Positions 12,203-20,781 of a stretch of DNA of 64,000 nucleotides are shown here, in pieces. Under the pieces are notes generated by a model. The model worked only from the letters and a program-made list of their open reading frames with translations, was not told the origin of the DNA and searched no databases. Position 1 is the first letter of the stretch, and each line of letters opens with the position of its first letter. Made by a program: the position numbers and the translations under genes. Origin of the DNA: Terriglobia bacterium (GTDB lineage Bacteria; Acidobacteriota; Terriglobia; JAJPHL01; JAPKYU01); NCBI GenBank assembly GCA_965206645.1, contig CBDBKE010000003.1, positions 352,001 through 416,000 on the forward strand. The letters run 5' to 3'.

Positions 12203-13548
12203 AAGGTCCGCCCCGCGGCCACCTCAGCCGGTGCTGGCAGCAGCGCGGCCACGGCCTCGAGCACCCGTTCGGTGGCGCCGCGATTGGCTTCCAGCAACCG
12301 GCGACCGGCCTGCCCCATCGCCGCCGCGGCAACGGGATCGTCGAAAAGCTGCTCGATCGCGGGGAACAATTCGGCGCCCGATGCAACCTGCCGCAACGCG
12401 CCTGCCGCGCGAAATGCGTGCGTAATATCCCGGAAATTCTGCATGTATGGACCCACCACAACAGGACAGGCAAACTGCGCCGCTTCCAGGATATTCTGCC
12501 CGCCGTGCGGCACCAAACTGCCGCCCACAAACGCCACGGTGGCGTACCGATAGGCGGCGCCCAACTCGCCCACGCTGTCCAAGAGCAGCACGGCGGCCTC
12601 CGGGTCAATCTCTGCGTCTGACTCTGCGTCTGGCTCCGCGGCCGGCGCCGTGGTGAGCCGCGAGCGGCGTGCCAGGCGGAAGCCGCGCGCCGCGATCAGC
12701 TCAGCCACCTCTTCAAACCGCTCCGGGCGTCGCGGGGCCAGCAGGAGGCGCAACGCGGGCCGCTGCTCGCGAAGGCGCTGGAACGCCGCCAGCACGATTT
12801 CCTCTTCGCCGGCGGCGGTGCTACCGGCTACCAGTGCCCCCGGCGCAGTCCAGCGGCTGAGCTGCCGGTCCAGCCAATGCGGCAAGGGTGCAGCAGCTTC
12901 CCGATCAAATTTCAAGTTTCCCGCAACTCGGACACGCAAGGGATCCGCACCCAACCGCCGCAGGCGTTCGGCATCCACCTCCGACTGCGCCAGCAGCAGC
13001 GTCGCCTGGTTCAACACCTTCCGGACAAAGAGGCGGAAGAGGCGGTAGCCAGGAAATGAGTGGTCGGAGATGCGCGCATTCACCACCACCACTCGAGCTC
13101 CGCCCCTTGAGGCCTCGCGGAACAGGTTTGGCCAGAACTCGGTCTCCGCCACCAAGAGCACCGCCGGCCGCACGCGCCGCAGCACCCGCCGCACGAAAAA
13201 GCGGAAATCGAAGGGGCAGTAGAAAATGCCATCGGCCTCAAGCGCCCCAGTTTCCCGTCGCTGCTGCGCCGTGCGAAACCCTGTCTCAGTGGTGGTGGAA
13301 ACCAGCAGGGGCCGCTGCGGGAAGCGCCGCCTGAGCCCGGCCAGCAAGCTCTGGCAGGCCAGCACTTCTCCCACGGAAACCGCATGGAGCCACAGCGCGG
13401 CTCCTGGGGTGCGGGCCGTCTCCGGCACCCAGCCCAGCCGCGCGCGGAGGCTGCCCAGATATTTTCCGTGGCGCAGGCCCTGCACCAGAAAGTAAGGGAA
13501 CATCACCAGGGCAGCCAGGGCCAGCAGGAAACTGTAGAGCAGGTACAT
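12199..13548 (-). CDS. waaA: Kdo transferase
   Basis: WLHAVSVGE, STTTETG, ETEFWPN, NARIS, GNLKFD, GST..GEE, GGSLVPHGGQNILE. Confidence 0.97.
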   Translation of the reverse strand: MYLLYSFLLALAALVMFPYFLVQGLRHGKYLGSLRARLGWVPETARTPGAALWLHAVSVGEVLACQSLLAGLRRRFPQRPLLVSTTTETGFRTAQQRRETGALEADGIFYCPFDFRFFVRRVLRRVRPAVLLVAETEFWPNLFREASRGGARVVVVNARISDHSFPGYRLFRLFVRKVLNQATLLLAQSEVDAERLRRLGADPLRVRVAGNLKFDREAAAPLPHWLDRQLSRWTAPGALVAGSTAAGEEEIVLAAFQRLREQRPALRLLLAPRRPERFEEVAELIAARGFRLARRSRLTTAPAAEPDAESDAEIDPEAAVLLLDSVGELGAAYRYATVAFVGGSLVPHGGQNILEAAQFACPVVVGPYMQNFRDITHAFRAAGALRQVASGAELFPAIEQLFDDPVAAAAMGQAGRRLLEANRGATERVLEAVAALLPAPAEVAAGRTL

Positions 13549-13672
13549 CTGTTCCGGGCGAAAGGTAAAACGGAAACTGGCGAAAATGGTTGTTCTACCG
13601 GTCCGGCCCTCATTATATCTTGCCGAGCAACTCTATCTTGCTGAACTAACGTCCCGTTCCCATAATTGGTTG

Positions 13673-14371
13673 ATGACTCGACACCGGCGGCCCAGGCTGC
13701 GGCTCAGGCTAAGGATTCGCGGTTGGGTTGCTTTGCTGGGAGTGGCGCTGTGGGCCTGTGGCGCTGTGGCCGGCGAGAAGGAGCGCCTGGCGTTCCGTGC
13801 CAAGCCGGCGGAAGCCTATCCGGCACGCGACGCGCACGAGGGGTTAATCGCGGCCGCCGAACCGTTCGAGACCCGCCAGAAAGCTAAACCGGTTTTCGGA
13901 AAGCCCAATCTGGCGAAAGCGGGCATCCTGCCGGTGCTGGTGGTGATTGCCAACACGACGGACAAGACGGTGCGCCTGGATGACCTTTTGGTGCAATTGC
14001 TGACGCGGGACCGGCAGAAGATCGAGCCCACCCCGGCGGAGGTTGTGGTTCAACGGCTGACGGGGAAAGGGAAACAGCCGCGCCGAACGGTGCCCTACCC
14101 ACTGCCGCGCTTGCCCGGCGGGTCACGGGCAAACGTAGTCATGGAAGTGCTGGTTCACGAGTTCAACATGCGCCTGCTGCCGCCGGAGTCCACGGCTAGT
14201 GGCTTCTTCTACTTCGAGACCGGGAGTGGTAGGGACTGGCTGTCCGGTTCCAAGCTCTACCTCACCCAGCTTGTCTGGGCCCACAACTCACAGCCGCTGA
14301 TGTATTTCGAAATCAGCCTGGACGACGCCCTTCGCGGCCGACCGCCCTCCAGCTCCGGCCGCAAGCCGTAA
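13673..14371 (+). CDS. Hypothetical exported protein
   Basis: Long ORF with Arg-rich N-terminus and hydrophobic signal segment; ATG 13673 lies 6 nt after a CATAAT -10-like hexamer. Confidence 0.75.
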   Translation: MTRHRRPRLRLRLRIRGWVALLGVALWACGAVAGEKERLAFRAKPAEAYPARDAHEGLIAAAEPFETRQKAKPVFGKPNLAKAGILPVLVVIANTTDKTVRLDDLLVQLLTRDRQKIEPTPAEVVVQRLTGKGKQPRRTVPYPLPRLPGGSRANVVMEVLVHEFNMRLLPPESTASGFFYFETGSGRDWLSGSKLYLTQLVWAHNSQPLMYFEISLDDALRGRPPSSSGRKP

Positions 14372-14454
14372 CAATGCGCTGATTGCTCTTGAACCCTGTT
14401 GGCTGCAAGCAGGCGCTGGCCTGATGGCAACGATCGCGCCACCGATTTCTTTGG

Positions 14455-14483
14455 TTGACAAGGTGCGGGGTGGGTGCTATAAA
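14455..14483 (+). promoter_or_regulatory. Sigma70-type promoter of the HU gene
   Basis: TTGACA (14455-14460), 17 nt, TATAAA (14478-14483); AGGAGG RBS downstream. Confidence 0.85.
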
Positions 14484-14530
14484 CCCGCCGCAATCTGCTT
14501 TACCGCTGTAACAACCAGGAGGATGTCTTC

Positions 14531-14815
14531 ATGAATAAGGGAGACTTGATTGAGCGGGTTTCGAACGATGCTGGCATCAGCAAGGTGCAGGCCAACCGCG
14601 CCCTGGACGCGCTGGTAGAAGGCGTTACCGGCGCTCTCAAGAAGGGAGGCCGGGTAACCCTGGTCGGGTTTGGCACCTTTTCCACTTCTCACCGCAAGGC
14701 GCGCACCGGACGCAATCCACAGAACGGACGGCCACTGAAGATCGCCGCCCGGCGCGTGGCCAAGTTCGCGCCCGGCGCCGAACTGAAAGCCGCAGTCAAC
14801 AGGAGCAAGAAGTAG
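14531..14815 (+). CDS. hup: HU family DNA-binding protein
   Basis: MNKGDLI, VTLVGFGTF, RKARTGRNPQNG, KFAPGAELK. Confidence 0.98.
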   Translation: MNKGDLIERVSNDAGISKVQANRALDALVEGVTGALKKGGRVTLVGFGTFSTSHRKARTGRNPQNGRPLKIAARRVAKFAPGAELKAAVNRSKK

Positions 14816-14923
14816 CTTCCCACCATTGGGTCGCGGAAGGACGCGCAGAGTCATGCTCTGAGGCGTCGTGCCGCGACCTCTCGCTGGGGAAAATCCCCCT
14901 TCCCCCTCCCTGGCCGCGAGCCA

Positions 14924-15631
14924 TTGGAACAGCGGGTCACCATCGCCGTTCCCGGCGCGGTTCCCGGGGCCGAGCGCGTCTCGGCGGCCTTGGCCGGAGA
15001 GCCCGCCTCACGCACCATCGCCGTGTTTGCCCACGGCGCGGGCAGCGGCATGGATTCCGAGTTCATGCGGGTGTTCCACGACGGCCTGGCTGAGCGCGGC
15101 TGCTTGGCGGTGCGCTTCAATTTCCCTTACAAGGAAGCCAAACGGAAACTGCCAGACCGGCGGCCACTGTTGGAAACCTGCTATCGTGCCGCGGCCGACT
15201 TCGCGCGCGGGCAATCGAAGCTGCCTGCCCCTCGACAGCCGAAAATTGTGCTAGGCGGCAAGTCCATGGGCGGGCGCATCGCCTCCCATCTGGTCGCCGC
15301 CGGCTACCCCGCCCACGCGCTGGTGTTTCTGGGTTATCCGCTCCACCCGCCCGGCAAGCCGCAGCAGATCCGGGACCAGCACCTGTACTCCATTCGCTGC
15401 CCGATGCTATTCCTGTCCGGGACCCGAGATGCCTTTGCCCAAAGGGATTTGTTGGTCCCGGTCGTCGAACGGCTCGCCGGCAGTGGACCCGGACGCCGTG
15501 CCACGTTGGTCTGGATTGAGGACGGAGACCACTCCTTCCGCGTCCGCGGCCGGCCGCAGACACAGGTCTACACCGAAGCGCTGGACACCATCGTTGGCTG
15601 GCTGACGCAGGTACTGAAACCTGAGAGCTGA
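14924..15631 (+). CDS. Alpha/beta hydrolase (KANSL3-like/dienelactone hydrolase-like)
   Basis: HGAG, RFNFPY, GGKSMGGR nucleophile elbow, GYPLHPPGK, GTRD, GDHSF. Confidence 0.92.
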   Translation: MEQRVTIAVPGAVPGAERVSAALAGEPASRTIAVFAHGAGSGMDSEFMRVFHDGLAERGCLAVRFNFPYKEAKRKLPDRRPLLETCYRAAADFARGQSKLPAPRQPKIVLGGKSMGGRIASHLVAAGYPAHALVFLGYPLHPPGKPQQIRDQHLYSIRCPMLFLSGTRDAFAQRDLLVPVVERLAGSGPGRRATLVWIEDGDHSFRVRGRPQTQVYTEALDTIVGWLTQVLKPES

Positions 15632-15651
15632 GACCTGAGAGGTGGGACCGA

Positions 15652-16182
15652 CTACTTGGCGCCTTTGAAAGCCTTCGCCAGTACCCCGGCCACGGAAATC
15701 ATAGTGGTGAGGTCTTTGATGGTGAAATCAGGACCCGATGCCGGGGCAGTCTTGCCCTTGCGAGAGACCTGGACCACCCCTACCGCCTTGCCATCCACCA
15801 CCAAAGGTGCGCTCATGATCTTCTGAATGGGGCTGCCCTTGGTCTCGGAGCTCAGCTCGATGGCCTCAAAAATTGTCGGGTGTTTTTGGGCGGGGAAATT
15901 GTTGATCATCTCCGGCCGCTTCTCGCGTACGGTCCGCACCGCCAGCGAGGCGGTGCTGGTCATCGGGATGCTGCCCACTTTTTGCAGCTTTAACGGATAG
16001 ATAAAGGAAAGCACGGCCCCGCTGTGGGTCAGGTGCAGGACGGCCACTTCGTCCAATTTCACAAGGAAGGCCTTGGAGAGTTCGGCGACAATTTTTCCCA
16101 GAACCTGCCCGGACAGACCCCCTCCGGACTTGGCGGCTTCATCAACCAGTCTGGACAACCCTGCAGTCAGTGCGGCACCCAT
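15652..16182 (-). CDS. Stand-alone GAF-domain protein
   Basis: IMSAPLVVDGKAVGVVQV...DFT..DL GAF C-terminal pattern; GGGAGG RBS. Confidence 0.8.
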   Translation of the reverse strand: MGAALTAGLSRLVDEAAKSGGGLSGQVLGKIVAELSKAFLVKLDEVAVLHLTHSGAVLSFIYPLKLQKVGSIPMTSTASLAVRTVREKRPEMINNFPAQKHPTIFEAIELSSETKGSPIQKIMSAPLVVDGKAVGVVQVSRKGKTAPASGPDFTIKDLTTMISVAGVLAKAFKGAK

Positions 16183-16217
16183 AATGTCCTCCCGGGGAGC
16201 GCCCCATTTTATAGCGG

Positions 16218-16251
16218 AAAGAAGCTACCAAACAAAAGAAGCTACCAAACA
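16218..16251. repeat. Perfect 17-bp tandem duplication
   Basis: AAAGAAGCTACCAAACA x2 (16218-16234, 16235-16251). Confidence 0.9.
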
Positions 16252-16322
16252 AGGGTAACTGATCATCCGCAACCGTGCCCTTCCGGGGTGGTAGGCCCCG
16301 GGGGGCTCATCGGGTGTTGACC

Positions 16323-17177
16323 TCAGTCGAAAACAACGGTCTTGTTCCCGTAAGTCAACACTCGATGAGCCAGATGCAGGCGCACTGCGCGGGCCAGAAC
16401 CACTCGTTCCAGATCCTTCCCCTTGCGAATCAGATCCTGGACTGAGTCACGGTGGCTCACGCGCGCGACTTTCTGTTCAATGATCGGACCTTCATCCAGA
16501 TCCATTGTCACGTAGTGAGAGGTGGCTCCGATCAGCTTCACGCCACGTTGGAAAGCCTGGTGGTAGGCTTGGCCCCTCGCAAAGGCCGGAAGAAAGGAAT
16601 GGTGGATATTGATGATCCGATTGGGAAAGGCGGCGACGAAATCCTCGCTCAGAATCTGCATATAGCGGGCCAGCACGATCAGGTCAATTCCTCTGGCCCG
16701 CAGCTCGCCGATCTCCCTGGCCTCCTGTTCCTTCTTGCTGGCCGCGGTAATGGGGAAGTGAAGGAACGGGATTCCGAACTCCTGCGCCACCGCATTGGCC
16801 TCCAGATGATTGCTGACGACCATTGCGATCTCGGCCTGGAACTCGCCGGCCCGGTGCCGGAGCAGTAGATCCTGGAGGCAATGCAGCATCCTGGAGGCGA
16901 AGATCGCGAGTTTCGGCGCGTCATCGCTGAAGTGGACCTCGAACTGTATCTGGTGCTCTTGGGCCAGCGGCTGAAAACGCGCGGCGATTTGCGCGCGTGG
17001 GATCTCGAACCCCTCCAGATCCCATTCCATCCGCGCCAGAAACACCCCGGTCTCGAGATCCGTGTGCTGGTCGGCGTCCAGAATGTTACCGCCGTGGCGA
17101 AAGATGAACCCGGAGATCTTGGCCACGAGCCCCTTCTGGTCGGGGCAGAAGACTAACAACGTCGCGGTCTCGCGCAT
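16323..17177 (-). CDS. purU: Formyltetrahydrofolate deformylase
   Basis: N-terminal ACT (CPDQKGLVA), HCLQDLL, VSNH, VLARYMQILS, INIHHSFLP, GATSHYVT.LDEGPII, GNKTVVF. Confidence 0.98.
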   Translation of the reverse strand: MRETATLLVFCPDQKGLVAKISGFIFRHGGNILDADQHTDLETGVFLARMEWDLEGFEIPRAQIAARFQPLAQEHQIQFEVHFSDDAPKLAIFASRMLHCLQDLLLRHRAGEFQAEIAMVVSNHLEANAVAQEFGIPFLHFPITAASKKEQEAREIGELRARGIDLIVLARYMQILSEDFVAAFPNRIINIHHSFLPAFARGQAYHQAFQRGVKLIGATSHYVTMDLDEGPIIEQKVARVSHRDSVQDLIRKGKDLERVVLARAVRLHLAHRVLTYGNKTVVFD

Positions 17178-17904
17178 GGGGACGGTTCGACAGATGCTTC
17201 CTCAGATCGTCTCGCGAGGAAACGATGTGCTCGGTCATGGCCCGCCGCGCTTCCTCGGGGTCACCTTTCTTGAGGGCCCGCAAGATTTTCTTGTGCTCGG
17301 CGAGGGAAACAGCGGCTCGCCGGGTCGAGTCGCTGGCCGGGGAAGACGCCAGGGTCTCCCGGATAAAGGCCTGCAGATAGCCCCGGATGGTGGTCAGCAG
17401 GTTGTGTAGGATCGAGTTCTGCGTCGCCCGGGCGATGCCCAGGTGGAACCGCAGGTCACTTTCCAGGTATTTCTCTGGATCGGCCAGCGATTTCTCCATG
17501 CCCTGAAGGGCCACTTCGATGTCGCGCAGGTCTTTCTTCGTTGCCTTCTGGGCAGCCAGATCGGCCGTTTGCGACTCCAGCATCAACCGGGTTTCCACCA
17601 GGTCCTCGACTACCTTGCGGTCCAGCAGCAGGCCCCACTGAAAGACCCGCTCCAGATAGCGGCCCGGGTCGAGGCAAACGAAGGTTCCTTCGCCCGGGTG
17701 CGATTCCAGGATCCCCATCACCGAGAGCGACCGCAGTGCCTCCCGAACCGACGTCCGGCCCACGCGGAACTGCCGGCACAGCTCCTTCTCTGAAGGGATG
17801 TGGTCGCCCGGCTTGAAAACGCTGCTCGCAATCAGAGCAGTGATCTGCTCGACGATGCCCTCGCTGAGCAACCTGCGGGCGACTGGCTGGAGAGACTCAA
17901 CCAT
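17086..17904 (-). CDS. FadR/GntR family transcriptional regulator
   Basis: PGDHIPSEKELCRQFRVGRTSVREAL winged HTH; FCD domain (ETRLMLE, DLRFH..IA.ATQN, EH..IL.AL, M.EH). Confidence 0.95.
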   Translation of the reverse strand: MVESLQPVARRLLSEGIVEQITALIASSVFKPGDHIPSEKELCRQFRVGRTSVREALRSLSVMGILESHPGEGTFVCLDPGRYLERVFQWGLLLDRKVVEDLVETRLMLESQTADLAAQKATKKDLRDIEVALQGMEKSLADPEKYLESDLRFHLGIARATQNSILHNLLTTIRGYLQAFIRETLASSPASDSTRRAAVSLAEHKKILRALKKGDPEEARRAMTEHIVSSRDDLRKHLSNRPHARDRDVVSLLPRPEGARGQDLRVHLSPRR

Positions 17905-17926
17905 CGGCTTTACACCTTCCTGGGGC

Positions 17927-17977
17927 TTTACAGCTTGCTGCCAACTGGGGTATACTAAGGTGTCAGCTTAGCAGACA
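17927..17977 (+). promoter_or_regulatory. Putative promoter and GntR-type operator of the methyltransfer operon
   Basis: TTTACA (17927-32), 18 nt, TATACT (17951-56), followed by imperfect palindrome TGTCAG-CTTAG-CAGACA (17961-17977). Confidence 0.6.
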
Positions 17978-18041
17978 AGCAGGCAGGATGTCAAACGTGA
18001 CTCCCTGCCGGCCGGCACTCTCTGCCAGGAGGATCCTGACT

Positions 18042-18674
18042 ATGGGCCGAACGCTGGATCTGGGTAACCGCGTCGAACTGGTCTCGATGGATCCCCATTG
18101 CCAGGACATCACCGTTGCTCTCTATCGCCAGGATGGCGGTCACCAGCCGGAATACTTGGTGCACAGCTACAGCCGGCTGGAAGGCGTTCGCGAACGAGTC
18201 GAATTTCTGGCCCGGGCGCTCGAGAAGCTGGCGGGGGCGGAGCGGACGGACGCTCGGCTCCGCTTCTCCTGTGGCTCGGCGCACCAGGCTGGGGCCAAGC
18301 GTGGTTTTCTGGAGGCATGCAAGCTGCCCTCCACCGCGGCGCTCGAACCGAGGCCGCTCTCCGCCCTGGACAAACGGTCGGGCCGAAACATCGCCGTGGC
18401 GAGTCTGGGGGCGGGCGTCTACCAGCTGACGGCAGACGGGCCCAAGGAAGACAAGTCTAAGCGGGTGGAAGCCATCGCAGCCGGATTCCGGAAGCTAGCC
18501 GAGATGTCACCGGTGGAAGGCAGCGCCGACCGGGTGGCATTCCCCTGCGGGCAGATCCACGATGCGCTGGTCGGGTTGTTGCTTGTTCGCGCCTTGAACC
18601 TGCGCGCGGTGTTGCGCGAAGATGAGGCAGCTACCTCCCGTGGCCAGCTGGTAGCACCGAGCCAGCAAAAGTAA
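18042..18674 (+). CDS. Uncharacterised protein with two F-x-C-G-x-x-H motifs
   Basis: AGGAGG RBS at 18027-32 before ATG 18042; first gene of the operon; motifs FSCGSAH and FPCGQIH. Confidence 0.85.
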   Translation: MGRTLDLGNRVELVSMDPHCQDITVALYRQDGGHQPEYLVHSYSRLEGVRERVEFLARALEKLAGAERTDARLRFSCGSAHQAGAKRGFLEACKLPSTAALEPRPLSALDKRSGRNIAVASLGAGVYQLTADGPKEDKSKRVEAIAAGFRKLAEMSPVEGSADRVAFPCGQIHDALVGLLLVRALNLRAVLREDEAATSRGQLVAPSQQK

Positions 18675-18690
18675 TTCTAAGGAGAATGAG

Positions 18691-19728
18691 ATGGTCGGAC
18701 CAATGACGAGTCGCCAGCGCGTGCTGGCCGCCCTGCGTCGTGAGCCGGTGGACCGCACGCCGGTCTGCAACCCCACCTCGGTAGCCACCGTGGAGCTCAT
18801 GGACCTGGTGAACGCGCCCTTCCCGGACGCCAACCGCAAGCCGGAACTGATGGCGCGGCTGGCCGCCACCGGACACACCGAGCTCGGCTTCGACACCATC
18901 ATGCCGGTCTTCAGTATCATTCAGGAGTCCTCGGCGCTGGGTTGCAAGATCCAGTGGGAGCAGAAGGACAACTGGCCGACGGTGAGAATGCGCGAGCCGA
19001 TCTTCCAGAAGCCGGAAGACATCCGGATTCCCCCGGACCTGCTGAAGCATCCCGACATGCAGTGCGTGATCCAGGCCATCAAGATTCTGCGCCGGGAGTT
19101 CGGCGACGAGGTGGCGATCGTTGGTAAGACGATGGGGCCCTGGTCGCTGGGCTACCACTGCTTCGGCGTGGAGCCGTTCCTGCTGCTGTCGCTGGATGAC
19201 CCGGGTGCCACCAAACAGTGCCTGGAGAAACTCAAGCAGGTCACCATTGACTTTGGCCTGGCCCAGATCGAAGCCGGCGCCGACGCCCTCACCCTGCCCG
19301 ACCACGCCACCGGCGACCTGGTCAGCGGCGAGTACTACCGGCGCTACCTGCGCGACATGCACATCGAGTTTGTCGAGCGGATCCCGATCCCGCTGATTAT
19401 GCACATCTGTGGCCACACGGTGGACCGGATGGAGTACATCGCCCAAACCGGATTCGCGGCGTTTCACTACGACTCCAAGAACCAGCCGGCCGAGTCGATG
19501 GCGATCATGAAGAACCGCATCTCGCTGGTGGGAAATATCAACAATCCGGAGACCCTGTATTCGAGGGGCCCTGAGCAAGTCCGGCAAGAGGTTTGGAAGA
19601 ACCTGGACGCGGGCGTGCAGTTGGTGGGCCCGGAGTGCGCCATCCCGCTGCAGACTACGGTCGAGAACCTCAAGGAGATTCCCGGGGCCGTGCGCGAGTG
19701 GCACCGGCAGCACGCCTCGGCCAACTAG
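18691..19728 (+). CDS. MtaA/CmuA-family methylcobamide methyltransferase (UroD fold, Zn)
   Basis: MTSRQRVLAAL..EPVDRTPV start, GPWSL, AQIEAGAD, Zn ligands MHICG and GPECAIP, GNINN. Confidence 0.93.
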   Translation: MVGPMTSRQRVLAALRREPVDRTPVCNPTSVATVELMDLVNAPFPDANRKPELMARLAATGHTELGFDTIMPVFSIIQESSALGCKIQWEQKDNWPTVRMREPIFQKPEDIRIPPDLLKHPDMQCVIQAIKILRREFGDEVAIVGKTMGPWSLGYHCFGVEPFLLLSLDDPGATKQCLEKLKQVTIDFGLAQIEAGADALTLPDHATGDLVSGEYYRRYLRDMHIEFVERIPIPLIMHICGHTVDRMEYIAQTGFAAFHYDSKNQPAESMAIMKNRISLVGNINNPETLYSRGPEQVRQEVWKNLDAGVQLVGPECAIPLQTTVENLKEIPGAVREWHRQHASAN

Positions 19729-19749
19729 GAACAGGCTTAGGAACACACT

Positions 19750-20499
19750 ATGGCGGAACTCAGCGACATTTCCAACGACTTCATCCGGCAGGAGATCGAA
19801 GAGTACATCGAGCGGCCGGAGGAGCGGAAGCGCATGATTGACACCTTCGCGAAGGTCAAGCCGAAAATGCAGACCATTGCGGCGGCGCTGATTGACGGCG
19901 ACAACGGCACGGTAGATCAACTGACCAAAGAGGCGCTGGAGGAGGGGACCGTGGCGCTGGAGGTGATGGACGACGGCTTGATTGCCGGCATGGGAATTGT
20001 CGGCATCAAGTTCCGGGAGAACTTCATCTTCGTGCCGGAAGTTCTGGCCTGCGCGCGGGCAATGAAGGCGGGCATGGCCTACATTGAGCCCATCCTGTCG
20101 GCCTCCGGCGTTAAGCCCATTGCCAAGGTCGTCATGGGCACCGTCAAAGGGGACCTGCACGACATCGGCAAGAACCTGTGCATCATGATGTTGCGAGGCA
20201 CCGGCTTTGTGGTGATTGACCTGGGAGTGGACACCTCGGCGGACCGGTTCATTGAGGCCGTCGAGGAGCACGAGGCCCCCCTGATGGGGATGTCCGCCCT
20301 GCTGACCACCACCATGCCCAACATGGGCAAGACGATCGAAGCCTTCATTGACGCCGACCTGCGAGACAACGTGAAAATCATGGTCGGGGGCGCGCCTGTC
20401 ACGCAGGACTTTGCCGACGACATGGGAGCCGACGGTTACGGCAAGGACGCAATGGCGTGTGTCGCGCTGGCCAAGCGGCTGATGGGGGTGGCGGTCTAG
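19750..20499 (+). CDS. Corrinoid (B12-binding) methyl-carrier protein
   Basis: Cap domain GLIAGMGIVG.KF...IFVPEVL; GTVKGDLHDIGKNL (DxHxxG); MSALLTTTM; VGGAPVTQ; GADGY..DA. Confidence 0.97.
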   Translation: MAELSDISNDFIRQEIEEYIERPEERKRMIDTFAKVKPKMQTIAAALIDGDNGTVDQLTKEALEEGTVALEVMDDGLIAGMGIVGIKFRENFIFVPEVLACARAMKAGMAYIEPILSASGVKPIAKVVMGTVKGDLHDIGKNLCIMMLRGTGFVVIDLGVDTSADRFIEAVEEHEAPLMGMSALLTTTMPNMGKTIEAFIDADLRDNVKIMVGGAPVTQDFADDMGADGYGKDAMACVALAKRLMGVAV

Positions 20500-20515
20500 G
20501 CCTTGACGGGACGCC

Positions 20516-20758
20516 ATGCAAAAAATCGACCAACACGAGTACCGAAAACGCCTGGACCGGCTCACCGAAATCCTGACGGGGATCTCGGCGCGCGCCGACG
20601 AGCTGTCTCTCCGGCGTTGCCCTTACAAGAATCGCCTGGACCAATGCACGGCGCAGTTTGGCTGCCGCAATAAGCGCAAGCCCAAGCAGGCTGGGGAGCT
20701 GCCCGTGTGCGCCAGCGACGACAAGCTGGATTACCGAAAGGCGTGGGAAACTGCCTGA
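20516..20758 (+). CDS. Small four-cysteine protein of unknown function
   Basis: 80 aa filling the gap between the corrinoid and RACo genes; C-x8-C-x5-C-x14-C. Confidence 0.8.
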   Translation: MQKIDQHEYRKRLDRLTEILTGISARADELSLRRCPYKNRLDQCTAQFGCRNKRKPKQAGELPVCASDDKLDYRKAWETA

Positions 20759-20781
20759 CCCCGGGAACCTCCTGAACAAAG

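Noticed and set aside
17957-18041. Cobalamin, THF or SAM riboswitch before the methyltransfer operon
   Set aside because: The predicted leader is only about 80 nt and shows no B12-box or other recognisable aptamer.
18691-19728. hemE (uroporphyrinogen decarboxylase)
   Set aside because: Lacks the RQAGR motif, has H-x-C..C Zn ligands and sits beside a corrinoid protein.
18631-20565. Long antisense ORFs (this 644-aa one, 853-2151, 2248-3303, 23924-24937, 30300-31286 and others)
   Set aside because: Shadow frames of well-supported genes in high-GC DNA, with no recognisable motifs.
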